The notes beneath the pieces are model-generated. The model searched no databases. It was not told where the DNA came from and was given only the letters and a program-made list of their open reading frames with translations. Positions 35,825-45,716 of a DNA stretch of 62,413 nt are shown piece after piece; the first letter of the stretch is position 1, and each line of letters begins with the position of its first letter. The position numbers and the translations under genes are program-made. Source of the stretch: Sphingomonadaceae bacterium. Lineage in GTDB: Bacteria > Chloroflexota > UBA6077. The stretch lies in assembly GCA_050261575.1 (NCBI GenBank), contig JBLNDL010000015.1:1-62413 (forward strand), given 5' to 3'.

Positions 35825-36946
35825 CTACTGGTCCTTGATCCGCTTGTCGATCCACTTCTGGACGGTCGCGAAGCTGTCGTTGTACATCTTGGTGAACTCT
35901 GTACGTCCCACGATCACCACGGGCTGGCCCGCTTCCTCGATCTTGGTGATGTGCTCGGCGGTCTTCATCGCCTTCACCAGCGAGTCCTCGAGCTTCTTGA
36001 GGATGGGCTCGGGCACCCCCTTTGGGGCCGCGAAACCGCGCGTCGACGAGGAGAGGACCTCCGGATAGCCCAACTCCTTCATGGTGGGCACGTCGGGGAA
36101 GAACTTCTGGGTTCGTTCCTTATCCATCACTGCCAGGACCCGGATATTCCCCCCCTTGGCCTGGACGAAGTTATCCCCCACTGTGCAGAAGGTGACGTTC
36201 ACGTGGCCACCCAGCAACGCCTTTATGGCGTCGGCAGCCCCATCGAAGCGAACCGGGCGCAGATCCATCCCGGTCACCTCGGACGCTTGGAGGTAGCCGA
36301 CCTCGTCATCGTTGAGGATGCCAACGACACCAGCGGTGATCTGCTTCGGTCGCTTCTTGGCATCGTCCACCAGGTCCTTCAGGGTCTTCCAGGGGCTATT
36401 CGCCGCGACAGCGATCTGGGTTGGGTCGACCGCCTGGGTGGCGAGGGGTATCAGATCCCCCTGCTGGAAGACGGCCTTCCGCTCCTGGTCCACCACGATG
36501 GCAGGTAGGTGGGGCAGGTTGATCCCTCCGATGGTGTAGCCGTCGGGCTTGGCCTTCGCCAACTCCGTCCAGCCGATCTGGCCTCCGGCGCCACCCCGGT
36601 TCACCACCTGGACTGGCTGGCCCAGATCCCTGGACATGATGTCGGCCACGATTCGAGCCCCGACGTCACTGGAACCACCGGCGGTGAAGGCCACCAGGAT
36701 GGTGATTGGCCTGTTGGGGAAGTCGCCGGCCGCGTCGGCAGCCGCCTTGGTAGGTGCAGCAGCAGGCGCCACGGTGGGCGGCGCCGTTGTGGCGGCAGGC
36801 GCCTTGGTGGGGACGGCAGGCGCCGCAGTGGCGGCGGGCGTGGAAGCCGGGGTTGAGGCGGGCGCCGGAGCACCGGGTGCACAGGCTCCGACCAGGAAGG
36901 CTAGCGCTAGAATCGACACCAGGGAGAATACGGCCTTTCCGGACAT
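35825..36946 (-). CDS. TctC/Bug-family substrate-binding lipoprotein
   Basis: LVGAC lipobox, P/T/A linker, FPNRPIT..V.F.AGG.SD, AKPDGYT, LLGGHV, APKGVP. Confidence 0.92.
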   Translation of the reverse strand: MSGKAVFSLVSILALAFLVGACAPGAPAPASTPASTPAATAAPAVPTKAPAATTAPPTVAPAAAPTKAAADAAGDFPNRPITILVAFTAGGSSDVGARIVADIMSRDLGQPVQVVNRGGAGGQIGWTELAKAKPDGYTIGGINLPHLPAIVVDQERKAVFQQGDLIPLATQAVDPTQIAVAANSPWKTLKDLVDDAKKRPKQITAGVVGILNDDEVGYLQASEVTGMDLRPVRFDGAADAIKALLGGHVNVTFCTVGDNFVQAKGGNIRVLAVMDKERTQKFFPDVPTMKELGYPEVLSSSTRGFAAPKGVPEPILKKLEDSLVKAMKTAEHITKIEEAGQPVVIVGRTEFTKMYNDSFATVQKWIDKRIKDQ

Positions 36947-37168
36947 GCGATCCTCCTTTCCGCTATTCGGGCGCACCTTGCTGGTGACATTCCGTACCGC
37001 GAAGACCCCTGCTGATACCACCCCCTTTCGGCTGCGCAGATTGGCACTGGGGCTCTGTCGATCCCCGATGCCCCGTCGCCGCTGAAGGGGCTTGGCTGGC
37101 CTCGTCGCCTCGGACGTCTCGGCCGGCGCCTACCTGCCGGCCCAACCCAGTAGGTCGTGGAGGTTCAC

Positions 37169-37390
37169 ATGGAAAGGATCGTGCGCCGAGCGTGTTCGAA
37201 CGCCGGCCTCTTCAAAGGAAACGTGATCAGTCAGATCTTCTATGAAGCTGATCTGAACGAGTTTAGCACGAGCCCGTTTGGCTTGTCCACAAAGAAGCTT
37301 CCCCTCGCCTTGACGGCCTCCAAAGGGGCAGGTTACGATCCCTTCGGGCTGGGGGTGCAGTTCAGCAGACTCGCAGCATCCCCCTGGTGA
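37169..37390 (+). CDS. Small hypothetical protein
   Basis: GGAGG RBS before ATG 37169; stops 6 nt before the rhomboid gene; no recognisable motif. Confidence 0.4.
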   Translation: MERIVRRACSNAGLFKGNVISQIFYEADLNEFSTSPFGLSTKKLPLALTASKGAGYDPFGLGVQFSRLAASPW

Positions 37391-37396
37391 GGAAGC

Positions 37397-38431
37397 TTGA
37401 TCCCCATCTCGGAAAGCGTCGACGTTCGCCGCCGCGCCTGGGTCACCACGACCCTGGTCGCGATCTGCGTCGCGGTGTTCCTCTACGAACTGCTGCTGCC
37501 CAGCCGGGCGCTGGACCGCTTCATCCAACAGTGGGGGGCCAGCTCTCAGTTGATCCTCGCGGCACTAGCGGGGCACCCTCGGGTCCCGAGGGGTGAGCTG
37601 CTCACCCTGGTGACCTCCCAGTTCCTCCACGCCGACTGGCTGCACCTGCTCTCCAACATGGTCTTCCTCTGGGTGTTCGGTCGCGCCGTGGAGGATCGCT
37701 TCGGCCACCTACCCTACCTGGCCATCTACCTGCTCGGCGGGGCCGGCGCCGGCATCTTCCAATCGTGGATGACCGGCCCGGAGAGCAACGTCGTGATGAT
37801 CGGCGCCAGCGGCGCCATCGCCACGGTGCTGGGCACCTACTTGGTCTCCTTCCCGACCGCGTGGGTGACGGTGCTGGTGCCCATCTTCGTCTTCTTCTGG
37901 GCGTTCGATGTCCCTGCGGTCTTGATGCTCGCCTTCTGGTTCCTGAGCCAGTTCTTCACGGGGCTCACCTCCTTCAGCCAGATCGCCGCGCCCAGCCACA
38001 TCGCCATCTGGGCCCACGTCGCCGGCTTCGTCCTCGGCATGGGCGTTGGCGTCGTGGTGCCGAGGGAGGCCGGCCGCGCCGGGGGGCGACGGCGACTGGA
38101 ACGGCGGCCCGACGGCCCGGGTCCCGCCGGCCTGGTCTCCTCGGTCGGCACCCTGATCGGCCTGGCGCTCGGGCTGCGGATCCTGCTGATCCTCTCCCTG
38201 GTTCGCCCCGGTAGGAGCCTGATCGGGCAGCTTGCAGACGTGGTGTTCGGATTCACCGATCCGGTGGTGCGGCCCTTCGCGGCGTTCATCCCCCGCCTCA
38301 CCTTCGCCGGACTCCCCTTCGACCTGCCGGCCCTCGTGGCGATGCTGGTCGTCTACCTCGTCTCCCTCCTTCTGATCGAGACGATCCGAGGCAGGTCGCG
38401 CCGGGGCGAGGGCCGGCGGGGCTACCGCTAA
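37397..38431 (+). CDS. Rhomboid intramembrane serine protease with C-terminal YggT-like domain
   Basis: MIP..., FLH....HL..NM.FLW.FG, GASG and AH.AG catalytic motifs; C-terminal TDPVVRPF...IP......DL. Confidence 0.88.
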   Translation: MIPISESVDVRRRAWVTTTLVAICVAVFLYELLLPSRALDRFIQQWGASSQLILAALAGHPRVPRGELLTLVTSQFLHADWLHLLSNMVFLWVFGRAVEDRFGHLPYLAIYLLGGAGAGIFQSWMTGPESNVVMIGASGAIATVLGTYLVSFPTAWVTVLVPIFVFFWAFDVPAVLMLAFWFLSQFFTGLTSFSQIAAPSHIAIWAHVAGFVLGMGVGVVVPREAGRAGGRRRLERRPDGPGPAGLVSSVGTLIGLALGLRILLILSLVRPGRSLIGQLADVVFGFTDPVVRPFAAFIPRLTFAGLPFDLPALVAMLVVYLVSLLLIETIRGRSRRGEGRRGYR

Positions 38432-38500
38432 GCAGATGTCTCTGGTTCATGTCGACTCCTCTAGCGGTAAACGCGCACTCTATCTAGAGATACCTGCTTA
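38429..38500 (+). mobile_element. ~72-bp MITE-like element, copy 2
   Basis: TAAGCAGATGTCTCT...AGAGATACCTGCTTA; begins at the rhomboid stop codon. Confidence 0.75.
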
Positions 38501-38706
38501 GGGCTCACCCTGTGACTGCACGAAGCCGGTAGAGCTACGGGGGACGCCCAAGCCTTCGGCGCCGCGACCGACGTGGGCTGGCTGCCTTGCCCACTCTGGG
38601 GCAATCTCCTCCCCCTTCTCCGTCCATTCTCCGGCACGGATGTTGCCCGCGCCCCCGACCCAATGGTGGCCAACGCTTGAAGTGGCCCGACCCGCGGAGG
38701 CAGCCG

Positions 38707-41193
38707 ATGCAAGCTCGAACCCTGTCCGATCTGGTGGCGCAACTGGGAAACCTGGGGAATCGGACCCTCTTCCGCCATAGAACGGAGTACCGGACCTTCA
38801 ACTGGAGCTACGAGGAGGTAGAAAAGGCCGCGTTCAAAGCGGCGGCCCTCTTCCACGAAGACGGCGTATCTCAGGGCGACAGGGTGATGCTGTGGGGGCC
38901 CAACACCCCGCACTGGGCAATCGCATTCCTGGGCTGTCTCCTCGGGGGAATGGTTCCGGTGCCGGTGGATCTCCGCTTCCGCCGGCCCTTCCTGCGACAG
39001 GTCCAGCAGGAGACGGAGGCCAGGCTGCTGCTAACCACACACCTCAAGCCCGATCCAGGGCTGGGGATCCCCACCCTCTTCCTGGAGGAGCTGGAGGACC
39101 AACTGGAGAGGGCACTGCCCGAGCGGTTCAGGCCACCTCAGGTCGGTGAGGACGATCTGGCAGAGATCCTCTACACGTCCGGCACCACAGCCACCCCGAA
39201 AGGGGTGATGCTCACCCACCGCAACCTGCTCTCGGAGCTGGAGGCCTTTCAGCCGGTGGTTCCCCCGGAGCCGGAGTACCGGTTCCTTTCGGTCCTTCCC
39301 CTGAGCCACATCTTCGAGCAGATGGGGGGGCTGCTGCTGCCCGTCTCGCGCGGCGGAACGGTGGTCTACATCGGAACCGCCAGGCCCTCGGCCCTGCTCC
39401 AGGCCTTGAAGGAGGAACACCCGAACGCGATGATGCTGGTGCCGCGGCTGCTGGAGCTGCTGAGGGACCGCACGGAGCAGGGCTTCAGGGCGTACCCCGG
39501 AGGTCGGTGGGTCCTTGGGCTCCTGATGTTGCTGGCGTCCCGCCTCCCCGGTCCCGCCCGCCGGCAGCTCTTCTGGCCCGTCCGGCGCCGTCTGGGAGGC
39601 CACCTCAGGTACCTGGTTTCCGGCGGGGCGGCGCTGGACCCCAACCTGGAGCGCTTCTGGGAGAGGATGGGCATGGTGGTGCTGCAGGGCTACGGCCTGA
39701 CGGAGACCTCCTCGGCCGTGAGCTGCAACCGAGTGGAGGCCCGACGAACCGGCTCGGTGGGCAAGCCTCTCGAGAACCAGGAGGTGAGACTCGCGACGGA
39801 TGGCGAGATCCTGGTACGCGGGCCGAACGTGACCCCCGGCTACTACCGCAAGCCCAAGCTCACCACCGAGGCGTTCGAAGACGGCTGGTTCAAGACCGGA
39901 GACGTGGGGCAGTTCGACCCGGGCGGGTTCCTCTACATCCGAGGGCGGAAGAAGGAGGTGATCGTCACTTCGGCTGGGATCAACGTCTACCCGGACGACG
40001 TGGAGGCGGCTCTGGCCCGAGTGCCGAGGGTAAAGGACAGCGCCGCGGTGGAGTGGCATGGAGGTGTTTACGCCGTGCTACTCCTGGAGGAGGGGGCCGA
40101 TCCCCGCCGAGTGGTTATGGAGGCCAATCGCTACCTGGATCCGAGCCAGAAGATCCAGGGTTACACCGTGTGGCCCGGCCCCGATCTCCCGCGAACGCCC
40201 ACGATGAAGGTAAACAGGCGCCTTGTGCTGGAGTGGCTGAAGGAGGGGGAGAAGGGGAAGCGGGCCGCGGCCTCCGCGGAGGCCGCGGGAACGCCGCTGA
40301 GGCGCGTGGTGGCGGAACTCGCCCACGTCTCCTCTGACAAGGTGGAAGCCGCGGCGCAACTTGGGGCCGACCTGGGGATGGACTCCATCGAGCTGGTGGA
40401 GTTGGTCGTGCGGCTGGAGCAGGAGTTGGGGGTTGATCTGCCCGAGGAGCAGGTGACCGCCGAGACGACGGTGGGGGAACTGGAGCGGCTGGTGGAGAGA
40501 GGCAGGGGAGAGGTGACACAGACGTCCCTCCCGTGGTGGGCGCTGTCGCGCCCCGTTCGGGCGGTCCGGCAAGCCATCCAGAGGCTGATCCTCTTTCCCG
40601 CACTCAGGTTCTTCTGCGAACTGCGGGTGGAGGGGCTGGAGAATCTACGTGGGGTTTCCGGTCCGCACCTGCTGGCGGCCAACCACACCAGCATGCTGGA
40701 TGCCCCGGTGATCCTGATGGCCCTACCCCCCCAATGGCGGGATCGCACGGCGACCGCCGCCTGGGCGGAGTACTTCGAGGCACCTGGACAACCCTGGCCG
40801 ACGCGCCTCCTGAGGCGACTGGAGTACTACCTGGCGGAACTGCTGGTGCCCGTTTTCCCGCTGCCCCAGACCCGTCTGTTCCGGCCCAGCCTCCGCTCCG
40901 CTGGCAAGCTGGCGGAAGAGGGATGGAACGTGCTGATCTTCCCCGAGGGGGCCAGAACCCATACCGGCGCGGTGGGTAGCTTCAAAGAGGGGGTAGGGGT
41001 AGCGGCCTCCTGGTTAAGGCTGCCGGTGATACCGGTGAAGCTGGAGGGGCTCTTCCAGGTCCTGCCGGCGGGCAGGGTCGTGCCCACGCGGGGAAAGGTC
41101 ACGGTCCGCTTCGGCGCCCCCCTGCGCTTCCCCACGGCTGCCTCCCACCTGGAGATCACCCGGCAGGTAGAGGAGGCGGTGAAGAGGATGTGA
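38707..41193 (+). CDS. Long-chain acyl-CoA/ACP ligase fused to ACP and PlsC-type acyltransferase
   Basis: YTSGTT..PKG, GYGLTE, F.TGD; LGMDS phosphopantetheine site; NHTS.LD and FPEG.RT. Confidence 0.92.
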   Translation: MQARTLSDLVAQLGNLGNRTLFRHRTEYRTFNWSYEEVEKAAFKAAALFHEDGVSQGDRVMLWGPNTPHWAIAFLGCLLGGMVPVPVDLRFRRPFLRQVQQETEARLLLTTHLKPDPGLGIPTLFLEELEDQLERALPERFRPPQVGEDDLAEILYTSGTTATPKGVMLTHRNLLSELEAFQPVVPPEPEYRFLSVLPLSHIFEQMGGLLLPVSRGGTVVYIGTARPSALLQALKEEHPNAMMLVPRLLELLRDRTEQGFRAYPGGRWVLGLLMLLASRLPGPARRQLFWPVRRRLGGHLRYLVSGGAALDPNLERFWERMGMVVLQGYGLTETSSAVSCNRVEARRTGSVGKPLENQEVRLATDGEILVRGPNVTPGYYRKPKLTTEAFEDGWFKTGDVGQFDPGGFLYIRGRKKEVIVTSAGINVYPDDVEAALARVPRVKDSAAVEWHGGVYAVLLLEEGADPRRVVMEANRYLDPSQKIQGYTVWPGPDLPRTPTMKVNRRLVLEWLKEGEKGKRAAASAEAAGTPLRRVVAELAHVSSDKVEAAAQLGADLGMDSIELVELVVRLEQELGVDLPEEQVTAETTVGELERLVERGRGEVTQTSLPWWALSRPVRAVRQAIQRLILFPALRFFCELRVEGLENLRGVSGPHLLAANHTSMLDAPVILMALPPQWRDRTATAAWAEYFEAPGQPWPTRLLRRLEYYLAELLVPVFPLPQTRLFRPSLRSAGKLAEEGWNVLIFPEGARTHTGAVGSFKEGVGVAASWLRLPVIPVKLEGLFQVLPAGRVVPTRGKVTVRFGAPLRFPTAASHLEITRQVEEAVKRM

Positions 41194-41311
41194 GCTCCTC
41201 AGGATGCCTGTGACAGGGCACATCCGCAGATAGACACAGATGCATGCAGATACGAGTCCAGGATCTGTCAATCTGCGTCCATCTGCGACATCTGCGGATG
41301 CTTCACGGTTT

Positions 41312-41560
41312 CTAGGCGGCGGTGCTCGCCGTCTCGCACTTCGATCCGCCCTCACCGGACTCCGATTTGGGCTTTGGACGGCTGTCGGTGCAGTACCAGC
41401 CACTGCCCTTGAAGACGATACCCGCAGGGAAGAAGACGCGGCGAAGCGTCCCGCCGCAGGTCGGGCACTGGGTTAGAGGGCTCTCGTCGAACCGCTGCCG
41501 CCGCTCCAACGAGGCTCCGCAGTCGCTACATCTGTATTCGTAGGTAGGCACGGGTCCCAT
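41312..41560 (-). CDS. FmdB-family zinc-ribbon protein
   Basis: PTYEY.C..CG, CP.CGG, FKGSGWY.TD; start 41560 or 41551. Confidence 0.9.
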   Translation of the reverse strand: MGPVPTYEYRCSDCGASLERRQRFDESPLTQCPTCGGTLRRVFFPAGIVFKGSGWYCTDSRPKPKSESGEGGSKCETASTAA

Positions 41561-41710
41561 TCCTCCTTCCGAGGCGCAGCTATTAGCGTGTCTATCGATA
41601 CCCATTAGTGGCCGAGGTTAGCCCGCACGTGTATGAATCGTGTAGGAGTCCCGTAAAAGCTCTGTTAGGATGTACGTGACAACGGTGAACGAGATCGAAG
41701 GTGAATAGGT

Positions 41711-42223
41711 ATGACGGAAAAGATCGACATCGACTACCGGGATGCCTTTCTCCCCACCATCGAGGCGATGGCGCGAGACGGGGTGCTGCTGGTCTCGGTG
41801 GACAGCCAGGGGAACTCGAGCGGCATGACGATCAGTTGGGGAACCATCGGCACCATCTGGGGGAGGGAGATCTTCACCGTGCTGGTGCGTCCCTCCCGCA
41901 ACACCTACCGCCTGCTGGAGGCCAGCGGCGACTTCACCATCAACGTCCTCCCCGCCCAACTCGCATCGGCGCTGGACTTCTGGGGAAAGAACTCCGGCCG
42001 CAACGTGAACAAGTGGGCGAGGACGGGCCTCTCCCCTGCCCACTCTCGAAGGGTGCGCTCCCCCATCGTCGAGCAAGGGATCCTCCACTTCGAGTGCCGT
42101 ATCGTCCACCGCCACGACCTGGTGCCGGCCAACATCGTTCCAGAGTTGATACCCGCCTACTACGCATCGGGGGACCACCATAGGGTATACTACGGTGAGA
42201 TCCTCGCCTGCTACGGAAGGTGA
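41711..42223 (+). CDS. Flavin reductase-like (flavoredoxin) protein
   Basis: MTI.WG..G..W, VRPSR.T, FTIN, SGR...K, ECR, H..YYGEI. Confidence 0.88.
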   Translation: MTEKIDIDYRDAFLPTIEAMARDGVLLVSVDSQGNSSGMTISWGTIGTIWGREIFTVLVRPSRNTYRLLEASGDFTINVLPAQLASALDFWGKNSGRNVNKWARTGLSPAHSRRVRSPIVEQGILHFECRIVHRHDLVPANIVPELIPAYYASGDHHRVYYGEILACYGR

Positions 42224-42280
42224 GGGGTGGATCAGGTGGCGCCACCCCCGGCCAGATGCTTAGAGACCCCAACCGTATCC

Positions 42281-42353
42281 GTAGGGGCGGACCTGCGTGC
42301 CCGCGCGCATGGCCTACCCGCACGGGGACAGGCGGCACATAGGTCCCCCCTGC
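42281..42353. repeat. GTAG-family REP doublet
   Basis: GTAGGGGCGGACCTGCGTGCCCGC ... CACATAGGTCCCCCCTGC; inverted relative of 26700-26772. Confidence 0.7.
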
Positions 42354-42397
42354 ACAGGTTGCGTTAGGCGCTCTTAGGGCGGTTGCGCGGGGAAAAC

Positions 42398-42443
42398 TAG
42401 GGTGTTCACCCTATTCCACCGGCTTTGTGAATACAGGTACAAT
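42398..42443 (+). promoter_or_regulatory. 7-2-7 palindromic operator plus promoter upstream of ferredoxin
   Basis: TAGGGTG-TT-CACCCTA (42398-42413) abutting TTCCAC-18 nt-TACAAT. Confidence 0.55.
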
Positions 42444-42631
42444 CTTTACCAGATTAGGTAGTTGGATGGTCGGGTGGCTGCCTGGAGCGACCGGCGGTGA
42501 CGATGTTGCCGTGCCTCCAGATCCAGCCCCGTTCAACATCCCACGGAGCCGGCCTGAGGTGTGGGTGCGGCTCAAAGGCGGCACGGTTAGTCGCGCAGTG
42601 GGCTGTCTGCAGCTCCATGAGGAGGCTAGCC

Positions 42632-42889
42632 GTGTACCAGTTATCTATCGACAACAGCAAGTGCGAACGGTGCTTCGACTGCGTCACCGCCTGCCCTCGC
42701 GGCGTTCTCCAGGAAGGGGCTGATGGCCCCGTCGTGACCCGCGCCGAGGAGTGCATGGGCTGCTGGGTTTGTCTCGTGGTGTGCCGAAACCATGGGCTGA
42801 AGGTCGACGGTCTCTCGTACTCCTCCAGGCCCGATTGGGTCGACAGATTGCTCGCTTCTAGACCCGAGTGCACTCCGGTGCTACACTAA
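42632..42889 (+). CDS. 2[4Fe-4S] ferredoxin
   Basis: CERCFDCVTACP and CMGCWVCLVVC; GTG with AGGAGG RBS. Confidence 0.85.
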   Translation: MYQLSIDNSKCERCFDCVTACPRGVLQEGADGPVVTRAEECMGCWVCLVVCRNHGLKVDGLSYSSRPDWVDRLLASRPECTPVLH

Positions 42890-42953
42890 CCTCCTGACAG
42901 CAACTGCCTGACAGCAACTGCTGCTCTCGCGCGGTCGTGACCGCGCGAGAGCT

Positions 42954-43631
42954 GTGCTCGGGAGGTTCTTCATCGGATCCTGGAGAGACGCCGCCGTAAC
43001 CCTGGCCAGGAAGCGCGCCACGGACGAATCGCTGGATCTGTGGGGCCAAGGGCCCGGCGAGAGCCCGCGCTTCAACTACCGTTGGGAGCATCTTCAGGCG
43101 GTCGTCCGCCTGTGCCACCTCCTCGGACGCCAGTTGGGCGCCGACATGGAGGTGCTGATCGCCGCCGCGTGGCTCCACGACATCGTCAAGAGCCACTCCA
43201 AGGAGCAGGGCGAGGTCTCCGACGCCGAGCTGGCAGCCGAGGAGGCTCGCCGCTTCCTCCTGACCACCGACTACCCCCCCTCCAAGACCGATGCCGTGGC
43301 ACACGCCATCCGAGTCCACGAGGGCCTCTACAAAGACCACCCCATCGAGCCGCTGGAGGCCGCCATCCTGTGGGACGCCGACAAGCTGAGCAAGCTGGGG
43401 GCGACCTACCTGGTCCACAGCCTCTGCATCCGCCCAGCCTTCGACCCCATCTTCCAGGGCAAGCCCACCGACACCGACCTGGTGGTCCGCTCCATGGAGG
43501 GGTGGCTGGAGATCGGAGAGAGGATAGTGGCCAGCATGAACACGCAGCCGGGCAGGGAAGAGGCGGCCAGACGGCTGGCCCACCTGCAGGAGTTTGTGAA
43601 GGAGCTGAAGGACGAGTGGGAAACGAACTGA
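42954..43631 (+). CDS. HD-domain phosphohydrolase
   Basis: H...V, AAWLHDI, AI..H, LWDADKL; start uncertain. Confidence 0.88.
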   Translation: MLGRFFIGSWRDAAVTLARKRATDESLDLWGQGPGESPRFNYRWEHLQAVVRLCHLLGRQLGADMEVLIAAAWLHDIVKSHSKEQGEVSDAELAAEEARRFLLTTDYPPSKTDAVAHAIRVHEGLYKDHPIEPLEAAILWDADKLSKLGATYLVHSLCIRPAFDPIFQGKPTDTDLVVRSMEGWLEIGERIVASMNTQPGREEAARRLAHLQEFVKELKDEWETN

Positions 43632-44104
43632 TCCTGGTCCGTAAGCTGAACTACGAGGATCGAGAAACCTGGCGATGGTCCGGCAAGCTGGTGGAGCGCG
43701 GCGAAGGCGTCATGGTGATCGACGCCATCTTCAACGCCCCACCGCGGGATCTGGGCTACATGAAGCTGGAGAGCACCGACCTCTTCCACGAGTTCTACTT
43801 CTCGGATCGCTGGTTCAACATCTTCCAGGTGTTCGGGGCAGACGGCACCCTGAAGGGCTGGTACTGCAACATCTGCAAACCGGCCCGGTTCCTGGAGAAT
43901 CAGATCGATTTCGTGGATATGGTGCTGGACGTCTTCGTCTACCCGGACGGCCGATCACTGGTGCTGGACCAAGAGGAGTTCCAGGCGAACAGGCAGGGGG
44001 GGCTGTACTCGGCGGAGGACGCCGAGAGGGCCGAGAAGGCCGTCGAGCAGCTACTGGATATGGTCCGCCGGGGCGAGCACCCGTTCAACAGAAGTGATGA
44101 GTGA
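43616..44104 (+). CDS. DUF402 (FomD/Ntdp-like) protein
   Basis: RWFNIF, GWYCNI..P, D..LDV.V.PDG....LD.EEF; GTG 43616 inside the longer listed ORF. Confidence 0.85.
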   Translation: MGNELILVRKLNYEDRETWRWSGKLVERGEGVMVIDAIFNAPPRDLGYMKLESTDLFHEFYFSDRWFNIFQVFGADGTLKGWYCNICKPARFLENQIDFVDMVLDVFVYPDGRSLVLDQEEFQANRQGGLYSAEDAERAEKAVEQLLDMVRRGEHPFNRSDE

Positions 44105-44129
44105 GATTCACTCGTTGCCCATCACTTGG

Positions 44130-45410
44130 CTACGCCGTCACCTCCTGCCCCTTCTTTCGTAGGTACCAGCGGTACTGCTCCTGGAAGTGGCGGGAGGGAT
44201 CCTCGTAGTACTCGGGCGTCGAGACCGGTAGCACCAGCTTCTCGCTGCCCCACCCCTTCAACTCGCCGGATTTGAGGCGGCGGGCGAACCGCTGGTACTC
44301 CAGGGCGGCGGGCTTGAGGGATCCATCGGCCCGGGTGAGGCCGAAGCTGCGCTCCCGCACGGCCCGATCGAAGGGAGGACTATCCCACAGGGCGGGGTCG
44401 TAGTCGCTGAAGCACCAGGGAAAGGCCCCCAGCGAGCCAACCAGGTACAGCTTCTCCAGCACCTCCCGGTAGTACTGCCCCGCTTCCTCCTCGCTGGCCA
44501 GGTACTGCCGCTTCATCTCCCCCAGAAACTCGTCCTCGATGTATGTTCCGCTCTGCCCGGGTGGTGCGGTGCAGAGACCGAACTCCTGGAACAGGGTCGG
44601 CTTTGCGCCCAGCGACTCCGTCAACTGGTTCAGAAAGGGAACGAAGTCGCTGTCCAGCGGGCCCCGCGCCACATCGGAGTAGAGGGGATAGCCGTGCATG
44701 GAGAGGTAGTCGTTGGACTCCGCCAGGTCGCCCACACTCAGCCCGTTGTAGCGGGAGAGGGATGGGGTGTGGGCCCCGTAGGTGACCGAGTGGCTGGGAT
44801 CCAGCTTGCGGACCTCCTCTGCGAGGAGGTAGCTCCAGAGCCACCCCCCATGGTAGCTCTCGGGGTTGCGCACCTCGTCCAGCTCGTTGGCCAGATCCCA
44901 GCCGAAGAGCGCCGGATGGGTGGCCAGGGCGGGAACGATCACCCGAAGCTGGAACAGCTCCGCCCTGAGCATGAAGGGTTCCTCGAAGAGGTCGCGCGGT
45001 TCCCTGTCGGAGTAGTGGCCTCGAACCATCGTCAGGGCCGGAGTCGACCGCGGCCGATCCGTCATCGCCCAGGGCGGGAGCCAGAAGATGCCGCTCATGT
45101 TGCCGGTGAAGAACGTCGGCATAACCCCCAGCCCCGCCTCGTGCGCCGCATCCATCGTCCGAATGAGGTCGTCCAGCCGTCGAGAGTCGAGCGACCAAGG
45201 CTCCGGCTGGAAGTCCTCCCACATGAGGAAGATGCGCACGACCTGCGATCCCAGCGCGGCGATCTCGGCGAACTCGGAGCGGACCTCGCCGGCATCGAAC
45301 TGCTTCCACCAGTACATCGCCTTCTTCCTGGGCCAGTAGTTGATCCCCAGGACGAAAGGTCGAGGGGCTGAGGCAACCAACCGGATCTGGGAAGTCTCCT
45401 CAATCTCCAC
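44130..45410 (-). CDS. Glycoside hydrolase family 5/2-like (beta-mannanase-type)
   Basis: GINYWP, RIFL.WEDFQP, WDLANE, HGYP, QEFG, WCFSDY, ER.FGL. Confidence 0.85.
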   Translation of the reverse strand: MEIEETSQIRLVASAPRPFVLGINYWPRKKAMYWWKQFDAGEVRSEFAEIAALGSQVVRIFLMWEDFQPEPWSLDSRRLDDLIRTMDAAHEAGLGVMPTFFTGNMSGIFWLPPWAMTDRPRSTPALTMVRGHYSDREPRDLFEEPFMLRAELFQLRVIVPALATHPALFGWDLANELDEVRNPESYHGGWLWSYLLAEEVRKLDPSHSVTYGAHTPSLSRYNGLSVGDLAESNDYLSMHGYPLYSDVARGPLDSDFVPFLNQLTESLGAKPTLFQEFGLCTAPPGQSGTYIEDEFLGEMKRQYLASEEEAGQYYREVLEKLYLVGSLGAFPWCFSDYDPALWDSPPFDRAVRERSFGLTRADGSLKPAALEYQRFARRLKSGELKGWGSEKLVLPVSTPEYYEDPSRHFQEQYRWYLRKKGQEVTA

Positions 45411-45492
45411 GGGGGGCTCCTCTCTGGATCGAAAGGGCTGTGCGCCTCTTCTACCGGGGCAGGTTCCGTGCCGAGGGGTAATCCCTCACTCC

Positions 45493-45700
45493 CTACTCCT
45501 CTTCGGACAGGAACGCAGCGTACTGGGCCGGTCCCACGAAGCTCACGGAGAGCCCCGCCTCTCGCGCGGCATCCCGAGACTCGAGGGCAGAGGCAGCCCC
45601 GTGGCGAGACCTGGCCACATGGCAAGCTTCTTCCAGTTGCAGGAAAACGGCTTGAGACCTTCCGGGCAGGTCGGAATCGGCGGGGCCACCGAACCAAGCG
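45493..45700 (-). pseudogene. Degraded C-terminal fragment of a TctC-family gene
   Basis: Minus strand reads WFG...VFLQLEEACHVA...DAAREAGLSVSFVGPAQYAAFLSEEE*, resembling TctC C-termini; no start codon or N-terminus. Confidence 0.5.
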
Positions 45701-45716
45701 GCTCCTCCCTACGGGA

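Noticed and set aside
42480..42620. 6S RNA
   Set aside because: Only partial resemblance (GGCTCAAA..CGGCAC); too short and no clear central bubble. Kept only as a generic structured leader.
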